Part shown: in pieces, positions 18,696 to 27,165 of the stretch
How positions within the stretch are numbered: position 1 is the first letter of the stretch
How the letters are laid out: every line of letters starts with the position of its first letter
Origin: a virus
Length of the DNA: 64,000 nucleotides
Virus record (IMG/VR): IMGVR_UViG_3300018411_000639
Location: 32,001-96,000 of that record
Reading direction: 5' to 3' (one strand)
Notes under the pieces: model-generated
What the model was told of the DNA's origin: nothing
Databases searched by the model: none
The model's input: the letters and a program-made list of their open reading frames with translations, nothing else
Made by a program: the position numbers and the translations under genes

Positions 18696-21600
18696 TTATA
18701 CGAGTTTGGATGTGCGAATCTTCTCTTCGATTTCCTGTCGCTTATCCTTCTTCATTTTTACATCTACACCCACATCGCGGGTGCTGTAGCGGTAATCTAC
18801 CTCTATATCTTCTAAGCCCATCTCGGTAAGGACATCCATAAGTTTGTTTCTCACCGTCAGGGCATTACTGCGGACATTCATTTTCGGAAGAGGGATTTCT
18901 CCTTCTGCATTGGCTTGGTCGATTTGATCCTGCCAAACATCGAACTCCCCGAAGTCCAGTCCCTGCTGCTTAATCATCTTGATTTTCACACTGTCGAGGT
19001 CTGTCTCCTCGTTCCACCCTTCCCACTCTGCATCGGGCAGAACGTTCTCCTGGAAGTACGCATCCAGAGAAGGCTTATCTTCGACAGGCATTCCCCATGT
19101 ACTCTCTAAAGCTCGTCGCAGGTACTTTGGAGCCAGACTCAGAATCTTGCCCTTCTCTTCTTCCGGAGCCTTCATAAAGTACTTCATGTACTGGCGGTCT
19201 GTCTTTGGTAACGCAGCTAGAATGTTGGCCAGAGGATCTCCACGATCATAACCGTACATCGTCTTCTCCGATTTGTTGTAGTAGTCGATGGCTTTGGTGG
19301 CATCTGAGGACAGGCGAGTGACGCTTCTGTCGCTTTGGATCTCGGTCAGCTCCTTATTGATTTGACCGACAATGAGTGACTGAGAGGCTTGCATGTCAAC
19401 GTACTTTGGCGCACCTGTCTTGAACTCGAACTGATCTCTGTCTGCGTAGTTCATCTTGATGAATTTCTTGAAGTCCATCAGATCCCGTTTGCGGGCTTTC
19501 TTGTCCTGTCCGTTGAACTCGGCACTCTTCATGAAGGCTTTCACGTCGAAGCCTTCTTCTTTGAGCGTCTTTTGTGCGTACTCCTCGTAGAGTCCGCGGT
19601 ACTTCACGTATTTCAAGGTGTCGATGTATTCGTTCAGATTGCGTTCCTTCTGGCGTGTTTCTGGTATCCAGCGTTCGCCTGTCGTAGCTTCTTTTGTTCC
19701 GACAATAGCTTTCCCGATGGCGGTGACAGAGAAACCTGTCAAGGCTCCCAATATCTTTCCGTAACGGGTAGATCCGAACGCTGACCCGAGCAACGTCCCC
19801 CAAATCAAACCACTTGGTCGGTTGATGCTTTCCCGAATGGCAGGAATCAGGAAGTCACGTACAGGATGCGTCCAGTTCTGGAAATCCTTGCCGTACACTT
19901 CTCGTTGCTCGTAACTCTCTGCCGCACTTCTTACCTGAAGGACTTTCGTATGAAACGGTGTGTTCAGATGGGACACAGCCTCCCATGCTTTCCCGAAGGC
20001 GATCTCCATCGGATTGTAGCGGGCATGGATGGATGCAGGAGTGAAGTCATCCTCTTTCTCCGTAGCAAGGCCGCGCTTCACCATGGTCTTGTTTACATTC
20101 AATCCGTTGCTGTAGACCACGGCCCGAATACTGTTGACGGTATCTTTTGTGACCTGATTGGCTTCATCCATATCGTAACCGATTCTCACGGATCGACCGG
20201 GTTTCAGCAGCTGAGCCAGTTGCTTGCTCGCTTCCTCTCCCGTTCCATCTGCCATCGCTTCGCTTACGTGTACTCCGGCTAGTTTGATTGGATTGTCGGG
20301 CATCTCGTTCGCGATAAAGGTGTTGTTGCTCAGCATCTTTTTGACGGTCACAGTCTTCATTTCAAGGTTCGCCGTTTTGAATCGGTACGGATAAATCCGC
20401 ATCGGCTCTTTGGCTTCGGTGACGCGATTGTCGATGGCAGACACTTCTTCTTGCTCTTCTGTTGTGATCTTCATCTTGGACAGCATAGCCTTTGTTTCTG
20501 CATATTCTCGCGAGTACGGAGCCACATCGCCTAATATCCTCAGGCGGTCAATCGGATCGTAAAGTTCTCCTCTGCCAATCGACCCATCCGCTATACCGTT
20601 CCGGATGTAATCACGGGCTGTCCGAAGGTTATTCAAGGACTCCTGAAGCAAATCATCGCTATATTTGAATTTTGCTGTATACGTCTGATTTGGGTCGTCC
20701 CGGTTTATATATTGAACATACCCGTTCCCCTTTTCTTGTCCTAGCGCCCACATATAATAATTCACTTGTTTGTGGTGGTCTGCTCGAGCCTCTCCTGTTT
20801 TGAGGACCTCTCTAAAGCCTTTGTCACTAATTGTCTTGATGTCGACTACACCTATCTTTGTTCTCGAAGATTCGTCATGAATGACGGCATCGTAGAAACC
20901 GAGGACGCCGTTCTCTTCGTCTTCGATCTTCCCTTCTGTATCAAGGGCGAGGCCGGACTTCAACCACATATCTTCTATTTTTTTGTGGTACTCCGTTCCT
21001 TCATCAACGATACTCTGCAAGCCTTCGTCCGTAATCGGGTCTTGGTTCAGCAAGTGCTTGATGATTTCCTCGGGTTCTTTTCCTAGAGTGGACGAACCGA
21101 CACGAAGCGCCGTAGGGTCTTTGATGTTCCACGTTCGCTCGTAGCCTTCTCCAGGTAGTCGCATCTCTCCCTTGGCTACTTTCGTATAAGGGTCACCTGT
21201 TTGGAAGTTGGTAAAGTAATCCTCGCCCGGCATCCATTCTGGCATCGTGTTCTTGATTGGGTTGATGTACGCAACATCATTCCTTCTTTTCGGCAAGAAG
21301 CGTCGGAAGATTTCCGAGAACTCTCCTCCGAGCCCGCCAGCGTTCTGATCCCAGAACTGGCGATTGAACGACATAGACCAACCCGGGGTGTCTATAACTT
21401 CTTTTTCAGCTTGCGCTTCACCGGTAACGAATCCTTGGATTGCAAAGCCGTAAATACCAGCTATATCGCCCCACTGGTTCGCCTGTTCGCTCAAGCTATG
21501 CCCTACACTGTTTGGTGAAGCAACATCCCCTATTGTAGGTTCAGGCGTTACTGGTGGAGTCGTGTCCACTCGCGTGTCCGCACTTACAGCTTTGCTTAGC

Positions 21601-24428
21601 GCATACTTCCTTAGATCGAAGTTGACTTCGGATAGGCCTAAGCTATTGTCTATGTTGATGACCTGCATTCCGCCGCTCGGCGTCTGGTAAACTTCGTAGG
21701 ATTCATCCTTCGGTCGTGCGCCTGCAGTTGTGCCAATATCGACACCCAGTTCCTGTAGTTTTGGGGTCAGCAGATCGCCTGCGACAGCCGCATCGTCGGG
21801 CATCGCTCGTGATGGAGAACCTCCCGATGAAACTTGGGCTGCAGCTTCCTCTCCGCCTTCGGTAGAAGGAGCCGAACCCTGTTGCCCAGGAATCGCCGCT
21901 TGCAGACTCGGATCGACAAGTGGTTCCGTGTAAGAGGTTGCTCCGCCCTTCTGCCAATACTCTTCATGCATCCGAAGACGCGGCTTGAGGATACGACCGA
22001 TAGTAGCGCCGAAGGCCGGCCCGATGACAGGGATATTCTCGCCCTCTGGGGAAGTCATGAGGTATGGTCTGTCGTTGTAGTGCTTGCGGTCATAATAATA
22101 CTTGTCGGTGACGAAGTGACGAATCGGAGCCAATGGCTGCGTGAGTGTCGGGAACCATGCGTTCTTGAAGTATTCTTCACGGCTTCCGAACTTACTGTCG
22201 GAGAATTCTGCGTCACCCATGATTCTTCTGTAAAGGTTGGGTTGGAAGTATTGGATCTTTCCACCTGTCAAAGGCGTATTACCCATGTCCCAATAGCGTC
22301 CCTTTCTTACTTCCGTCATACCGCTCTCGTAATATTCTTCCCGTTCCTCTGTGGTGCTGGTCCAGTCTACGACGTTGATGCCGGGAATGTCTGCGATCTG
22401 TTCCGATCCTGGAGTCAGGTCGGCAATCTCTTTGGCGACTTTGGTGATGCCCAAGGAGTCCTTTACGCGATGCCAGCCGAGGTCAAAGTTCTTAACGTTC
22501 CTTGCGGTTCGCATCGTGATGTTGTCAGGGCTTCCGTTCTCGTCCTCGTCTCCGCCCTCGGTCAGGTAGTTCAGGTATTGATACCCCTGATAGGCTCCGT
22601 AGACAGGAAGGAATCGTTTCAGGACGAGGTTCGCTGCGATGTGTCCGACAGAGGCTTTGCTTTCGTTACTCATGCCCGGACCGAACATCCCGATAGCTTG
22701 ATCCATTCGGTCAAACATGAAGTACGGCAAACTCGTTCTGGATGTGACGTTATCTCCGATGGTGTCCGGCCCGCCCTCTACCTTCTTGCGTCCGGCAACG
22801 AATTGGTGCGCCCAATCTTTCAGGTCATACCCTTTGTCTTCTTTGAAGGCATCACGGAGGTTGTGGCTGTCACGGAAGGCGACAATCAGATCCTCTCCTT
22901 CTGGTGCGTTACCGAAAGCCCCCGATAGGTCGTGCTGAGATGTGACGGACTTGGACGCATGGAACATGTTCGTCTTGCCCAACTTGCGTCCCATCTCTTC
23001 GATGTAATGGTCCGGCTTGAAGATGTCAGCAAGACCTGTTTCTTGTTGATAGAGGTGCTCAACGGCCTTATCTTGAAAGCCGAGGTCAAGTGTTTCCATC
23101 ATCTTGCCGTAAAGCCGTTGGTAGGTTTTACTTTTCTCATCGTGATGCTCGTAGTCCACCAAGTTCAGGTTTGCCATCTTCCGCATCTGATCGACTTCCC
23201 GAGGCAGCCCATACGGGCCCTGTTTCTCTTTGGGTATCTTCCAGACATGGTAGTTGCTCCCGACTTTCTCAAGACCACCCATATCATCGTTGATCCTGAA
23301 CACATTCCCGTCCGAGAAGAGGAGAGGTTTGTCACCAAAGACATCCTTTATTTTGCTGTCTGTTCTGCCTGCGAGCTTGGTAACGTGAGGTTGGTACGTG
23401 TTGGCGTGCAGAAGTCCTGAAGATAGCTTGGTCCGGTTCATCTGATCGACGTCGAACAAGCGGAGCGGATTGATGCCTACAGCCGGAATCTTGAAGTCTG
23501 TTGCAAGGGAGTGGACGAGATTATTCTTCGCCTTATCTGCCTTCCGGACGTCAATGAACTCCCCGAACTCGTCCACCATGATGTTTTTATCAAGCACGAT
23601 GTTCTTGTACTTGTTAGATGAAAGCAGTGTTTCGGTTACGCCTTCCTCTGTGGTGTAGGCTGTGTTGATAAACTGATTGATCCTGTCAAGCGTCCCATCT
23701 TTGTCATCCAGACGGATGCGGTCGGTACGGGATTGCACGCCCCCGTTCTTCGCTACATGGATAAGGTCTTCCAGTGTGGCAGAACGGTAGCCTGACCGTT
23801 TCATCTTCTTCTGCCCCTCTTCGGCTGCCTGCGTCATCTTTCTGCTGACATCCTGCATGAGTTGCGACTGGACAGGTTTCCTCGCCTGAGCGACCCCTGC
23901 TTTGTTCAGTCCATCTAAAGTTGACTTCATGCGGCCCATCTCGTACCCAAGGTCAGTGTCCGAGTAAGTATGGAGCGTAACGTCTTTTGCTGCCTCGGAT
24001 AGCTTTTTGTTTTTGCTGATGACTTCCTTGTTCAGGTTCTTGATGTCGCGTCGTGTTTCTGACATCATCTCATTGAAGTTCCGGGGATTCGTCATGCGCT
24101 TCAGGTTGGCTTTCGTAGGCTCCATCCGCAACAGACTTGCCTTCGGAGCTTCGGTATTGTTCTTGCTCCAACGACGCATGGTCTGCATCGTAGTGTCCCC
24201 GTACCCCTGAAAGTCATCTGCGTAGCGGAGCAGCTCTTTGATACCGCCTTTCAGCAAGCCCGATCGGTAAGCGGCGATACCCGCGATGCCGATAGCGGAA
24301 GCGATGAGTGTACGCTTTAGTGAGCTATTCTCTCGGGCCATACCTGTCGTATCGTCTTCCGTATAATCGCTATCTCTCGATCTGACTCTCTGTGTTCTTC
24401 GCTTTTCCCATTTGCGTTCGGATTGCAT
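18696..24428 (-). CDS. Giant tail-associated / tape-measure-position protein with PD-(D/E)xK (RecB-type) nuclease and degenerate SNase-like domain
   Basis: 1910 aa; GTEYH, GFYD, VVDIKT, QVNYY motifs; VKKMLSNNTF..IKLAGV..GEEASKQL..NVNKTMVKRGLA; several hydrophobic segments; directly follows the chaperone genes; start could alternatively be Met30 (24341). Confidence 0.7.
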   Translation of the reverse strand: MQSERKWEKRRTQRVRSRDSDYTEDDTTGMARENSSLKRTLIASAIGIAGIAAYRSGLLKGGIKELLRYADDFQGYGDTTMQTMRRWSKNNTEAPKASLLRMEPTKANLKRMTNPRNFNEMMSETRRDIKNLNKEVISKNKKLSEAAKDVTLHTYSDTDLGYEMGRMKSTLDGLNKAGVAQARKPVQSQLMQDVSRKMTQAAEEGQKKMKRSGYRSATLEDLIHVAKNGGVQSRTDRIRLDDKDGTLDRINQFINTAYTTEEGVTETLLSSNKYKNIVLDKNIMVDEFGEFIDVRKADKAKNNLVHSLATDFKIPAVGINPLRLFDVDQMNRTKLSSGLLHANTYQPHVTKLAGRTDSKIKDVFGDKPLLFSDGNVFRINDDMGGLEKVGSNYHVWKIPKEKQGPYGLPREVDQMRKMANLNLVDYEHHDEKSKTYQRLYGKMMETLDLGFQDKAVEHLYQQETGLADIFKPDHYIEEMGRKLGKTNMFHASKSVTSQHDLSGAFGNAPEGEDLIVAFRDSHNLRDAFKEDKGYDLKDWAHQFVAGRKKVEGGPDTIGDNVTSRTSLPYFMFDRMDQAIGMFGPGMSNESKASVGHIAANLVLKRFLPVYGAYQGYQYLNYLTEGGDEDENGSPDNITMRTARNVKNFDLGWHRVKDSLGITKVAKEIADLTPGSEQIADIPGINVVDWTSTTEEREEYYESGMTEVRKGRYWDMGNTPLTGGKIQYFQPNLYRRIMGDAEFSDSKFGSREEYFKNAWFPTLTQPLAPIRHFVTDKYYYDRKHYNDRPYLMTSPEGENIPVIGPAFGATIGRILKPRLRMHEEYWQKGGATSYTEPLVDPSLQAAIPGQQGSAPSTEGGEEAAAQVSSGGSPSRAMPDDAAVAGDLLTPKLQELGVDIGTTAGARPKDESYEVYQTPSGGMQVINIDNSLGLSEVNFDLRKYALSKAVSADTRVDTTPPVTPEPTIGDVASPNSVGHSLSEQANQWGDIAGIYGFAIQGFVTGEAQAEKEVIDTPGWSMSFNRQFWDQNAGGLGGEFSEIFRRFLPKRRNDVAYINPIKNTMPEWMPGEDYFTNFQTGDPYTKVAKGEMRLPGEGYERTWNIKDPTALRVGSSTLGKEPEEIIKHLLNQDPITDEGLQSIVDEGTEYHKKIEDMWLKSGLALDTEGKIEDEENGVLGFYDAVIHDESSRTKIGVVDIKTISDKGFREVLKTGEARADHHKQVNYYMWALGQEKGNGYVQYINRDDPNQTYTAKFKYSDDLLQESLNNLRTARDYIRNGIADGSIGRGELYDPIDRLRILGDVAPYSREYAETKAMLSKMKITTEEQEEVSAIDNRVTEAKEPMRIYPYRFKTANLEMKTVTVKKMLSNNTFIANEMPDNPIKLAGVHVSEAMADGTGEEASKQLAQLLKPGRSVRIGYDMDEANQVTKDTVNSIRAVVYSNGLNVNKTMVKRGLATEKEDDFTPASIHARYNPMEIAFGKAWEAVSHLNTPFHTKVLQVRSAAESYEQREVYGKDFQNWTHPVRDFLIPAIRESINRPSGLIWGTLLGSAFGSTRYGKILGALTGFSVTAIGKAIVGTKEATTGERWIPETRQKERNLNEYIDTLKYVKYRGLYEEYAQKTLKEEGFDVKAFMKSAEFNGQDKKARKRDLMDFKKFIKMNYADRDQFEFKTGAPKYVDMQASQSLIVGQINKELTEIQSDRSVTRLSSDATKAIDYYNKSEKTMYGYDRGDPLANILAALPKTDRQYMKYFMKAPEEEKGKILSLAPKYLRRALESTWGMPVEDKPSLDAYFQENVLPDAEWEGWNEETDLDSVKIKMIKQQGLDFGEFDVWQDQIDQANAEGEIPLPKMNVRSNALTVRNKLMDVLTEMGLEDIEVDYRYSTRDVGVDVKMKKDKRQEIEEKIRTSKLV

Positions 24429-25095
24429 TCATCACACCCTCATTCTGCCAATGGACGCCTCCGATGAGAGGGAAGTCCATGAAGTCTTTCTTCTGGTTAA
24501 ATTCGTCTTTGAAGTATATCATCGGATCCATTCCGTTAGCCCTCAGTTCATCCACAAACGCTTTGTTGTCAGAACCCGAGTTCTCGGCGTACTCCTCTAC
24601 TTCTTGTTGGTTGGTGGTGAGTTGGATGTTATGACCTTTCAGGTTCAGGATTCTCTCTGCCCTTGCTACCGCCAGCATCAAGCGATCCCATGTCCAGTCT
24701 TCCATCTGCTCGTAGGAGTATTCCGGCATAGCCGCCTTGACGACAGCCATACACTCCTGGTCGAATTGCTTGGTCTTTCTCTTCCCTTTCTCGTAGGCAT
24801 CCAGAACGGAACCCAAACTGGTGAAGTTTGAAGCCTCGACGATCATCGGGCACGCATACGCCGACACCCCCGCAAGAGGGTAGTTCTCGAAGTCAATGTC
24901 TGCGGGCTCAAGGATGGCCGCTTGGCAGATGGCATCTTCCATGTCGTGGTCATCCTGCGTCAAGTTGGTGATGTCCCGATACTCTTTTCGCGTCAGGGTC
25001 CGAAAGACGAATTCTTTATTCTGAAAAAGGACATAAATCACTTTATGTCCTTCATGTGCTTCTTTGTGGTAAAACAAATCATAGATGGAGATCAT
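24370..25095 (-). CDS. Putative tail assembly chaperone (paralogue 2)
   Basis: 241 aa; FVFRTLTRKEY..EDAICQ motif shared with the upstream gene; position before the giant tail genes. Confidence 0.55.
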   Translation of the reverse strand: MISIYDLFYHKEAHEGHKVIYVLFQNKEFVFRTLTRKEYRDITNLTQDDHDMEDAICQAAILEPADIDFENYPLAGVSAYACPMIVEASNFTSLGSVLDAYEKGKRKTKQFDQECMAVVKAAMPEYSYEQMEDWTWDRLMLAVARAERILNLKGHNIQLTTNQQEVEEYAENSGSDNKAFVDELRANGMDPMIYFKDEFNQKKDFMDFPLIGGVHWQNEGVMNAIRTQMGKAKNTESQIER

Positions 25096-25106
25096 TGCAT
25101 TGCCCC

Positions 25107-25712
25107 CTATAATATCTGGATGGAGTAGTCTTTTGTGAATCCGCTATTCTCCATGACGATCTGTGCATAGGTTGACGGGATGCCCGCTTTTCCGATAGCC
25201 ATCTTACGGAAGTCGTACTTGCTTGGCCAAAGCGTACAGGTCTCACAAATGATTTCTTCTCTCTGCAGAGGGTCAAGGTTTGGGATAGCTGCGAGCTGTT
25301 TGTACTCGAAGCGGTTCAGAGTGCGGAAGACGAAGTACTGTCCCATGATTTCGATAGCCATAAGGTTGTAGTCTTCCCATTGGCGCTTCCACGTTTCGAC
25401 TTGTGTGATGGTAGGTCCACCCACAAAGAGGGGTTCGTCATAAGCGTAGAGTTCAGGGTTGTCGCCGAGTTCTCCTTCTTCCGGCTCGCTTCTCAGCGTA
25501 GGTAGGTCTTCCCACTCTTCCGGTTCGTTCTGCAGATGAACACTTTCCTCGGTTTCTTCGCTTGTGTCGGAATTGACACCTTCAACTACTTCATTGTCAT
25601 CTCGGAACGATGCGTACAGGTCTTCGTTTGCTGCAGGTTCCTCACTGATTTGCTTGGATAGTTTTTCTTTGGCTTGCTTTGCTAATTGATCTAGGTTTCC
25701 TCCGCTGAACAT
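25107..25712 (-). CDS. Putative tail assembly chaperone (paralogue 1)
   Basis: 201 aa; acidic N-terminus; FVFRTLNRFEY..EEIICE motif; position after the tube genes. Confidence 0.6.
   Translation of the reverse strand: MFSGGNLDQLAKQAKEKLSKQISEEPAANEDLYASFRDDNEVVEGVNSDTSEETEESVHLQNEPEEWEDLPTLRSEPEEGELGDNPELYAYDEPLFVGGPTITQVETWKRQWEDYNLMAIEIMGQYFVFRTLNRFEYKQLAAIPNLDPLQREEIICETCTLWPSKYDFRKMAIGKAGIPSTYAQIVMENSGFTKDYSIQIL
25564..25579 (+). repeat. Dispersed 16-bp motif GTGTCGGAATTGACAC
   Basis: Perfect copy inside the chaperone gene. Confidence 0.85.
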
Positions 25713-25731
25713 TTACATTCCTCACTCTCTC

Positions 25732-26247
25732 TTAGTCCGTGCTTTCCTCAATATCCTGTGCAATGAAATCGTAGGTCTTGAAAAGGGGGTTCCCTGACGC
25801 ATCCACTTCCACACCTGAACTACGCAAGAACACGCGCTTTAAGGTTGTGTTCAAGGGATGGTTCGCTCCAAAGTCCACTCGGATCTCCAGATCGTTCCCT
25901 CTCAATGCTTCCGTGTTACCTTCTTTGAAGAAGGGTGTATGTTTGGGTGTCCCATCGTACTTAGGAACGCCGCCCGCTTCCTCTTCTTGTTCATATCCGG
26001 CCATAGCGTTCGTAACCAGAGCACCGTACTCTTCTTCCAGTTTAGCCTTTGTGTTGGCGTCCAGTCTCCCTGTTGCGGTCAGACCTTTCTTGGTCTGGTA
26101 AGCTTTAACGGCTTCCTCGTAAGCAAGGGTGTACTCTTTCCCGATCGCATACCCGTTCAAAGCCCCGACAGCGTTCAACATAATGCCCACTTCCTGAACC
26201 TCATCTGAGATATAAGGACTTCCGGGGACATACTTTAGTTCTGACAT
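25732..26247 (-). CDS. Peptidoglycan-binding-domain tail protein
   Basis: 171 aa; EEAVKAYQTKKGLTATGRLDANT is a PG_binding_1 signature; C-terminal YDFIAQDI resembles the tube-protein C-terminus. Confidence 0.7.
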   Translation of the reverse strand: MSELKYVPGSPYISDEVQEVGIMLNAVGALNGYAIGKEYTLAYEEAVKAYQTKKGLTATGRLDANTKAKLEEEYGALVTNAMAGYEQEEEAGGVPKYDGTPKHTPFFKEGNTEALRGNDLEIRVDFGANHPLNTTLKRVFLRSSGVEVDASGNPLFKTYDFIAQDIEESTD

Positions 26248-26271
26248 AATAGCACCTCTTTTATCTTCTCC

Positions 26272-26300
26272 ATTTTACCATTTAACTTTGACCTTCACAA
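26272..26300 (-). promoter_or_regulatory. SigmaA-type promoter (extended -10)
   Basis: TTGTGA-17 bp-TAAAAT with a TG extension, intergenic, upstream of the AGAGGTG RBS of 25732..26247. Confidence 0.6.
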
Positions 26301-26301
26301 T

Positions 26302-27165
26302 CTAGGCTTTGGGGATATATACGCCAGGTTCACCTGTTTTGGAGATGTACCCTTTTGTTCCGTTGCTGAGCTGGACATAGTACCAATCCGATACAGTGCG
26401 CAGAATCCTTACGTTAGTGGATTGCTCCAGTGTTGTGATGGTTGGGTAAGTCATACCCGGACCTGTCCGTATCGCCGTATCAGGAGCCACAAATAAGTTT
26501 GCGAACGACCCTGTGTTCAATCCTTGGATGACCGCAAGTGTTTCGGTATCGAGCACGCCGGATTGATTCAAGTTGTAGTCACTCTGGATTTGACGGACGA
26601 CACCCTTTGTCTTCGTGTCGTAGAACCCGTTGATCTCGACAGCATAACCCAACTTCAGGAGTTGCGTCTGTGTTTTCCGTAATTCGTCGCTGAACTCTTT
26701 GTCCTCCAAAGACTGCAGGGAATTCAGTCTGCTTTCCTCTGCAGAGCTTGGACGGGATGAAGCTTTCCACGTAGAGCCGGACAAAGGCTGCAGGTGAGAT
26801 AAGGCGCTCTCCACCCATCCGGGGTAATTGTTCTTCTTCGCTTCCTCTGCAACTTCTTCATTCACTGAATCAACAATGGCTTCGATTTCTCTTGTGCTGT
26901 TCTCTTCGGGATTGTGGATCGGCACGCGCAACATCCCCACGACAATCCGATTCCCGATAGCGACATCATCAAAGGTACGAGAAGCGTAGCCAAAGATCGG
27001 TTTCAGTTGCTCCTGTATCTGATAACTCAAGCCAGAGATATGCGTCAGCTTTTCCCCGTTGACGTAAATAGCGACGTCGGCGCCTGAAAAGTATTCCTCG
27101 GTAAAGATGTTATGCTCCCGCGTATCGCCAGAGTTGTACTTTAAGGTAAGGCGGTCATCTGCCAT
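26302..27165 (-). CDS. Tail-tube-like protein with PG-binding and SH3b domains
   Basis: 287 aa; YFSGADV..QEQLKPIFGYAS..GNRIVVG resembles the tube; TQLLKLGY..NGFYD..T..VRQIQ..SGVLD; IRTGPG..Y..WYYVQ..GTKGYISK. Confidence 0.75.
   Translation of the reverse strand: MADDRLTLKYNSGDTREHNIFTEEYFSGADVAIYVNGEKLTHISGLSYQIQEQLKPIFGYASRTFDDVAIGNRIVVGMLRVPIHNPEENSTREIEAIVDSVNEEVAEEAKKNNYPGWVESALSHLQPLSGSTWKASSRPSSAEESRLNSLQSLEDKEFSDELRKTQTQLLKLGYAVEINGFYDTKTKGVVRQIQSDYNLNQSGVLDTETLAVIQGLNTGSFANLFVAPDTAIRTGPGMTYPTITTLEQSTNVRILRTVSDWYYVQLSNGTKGYISKTGEPGVYIPKA

Noticed and set aside
20640-21010. Cas4 / CRISPR-associated gene
   Set aside because: The RecB-type motifs lack the Fe-S cysteines, lie within a giant tail-region protein, and there are no cas genes or array nearby
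21834-22928. Long plus-strand ORFs (e.g. 364 aa here, 306 aa at 8049..8969, 272 aa at 16955..17773)
   Set aside because: Fully antisense to well-supported genes, with no recognisable motifs; typical shadow ORFs
24370-25712. Programmed frameshift joining the two tail chaperones (lambda G/GT style)
   Set aside because: No clear slippery heptamer near the first stop; the second gene has its own G-rich RBS and is a paralogue rather than an extension
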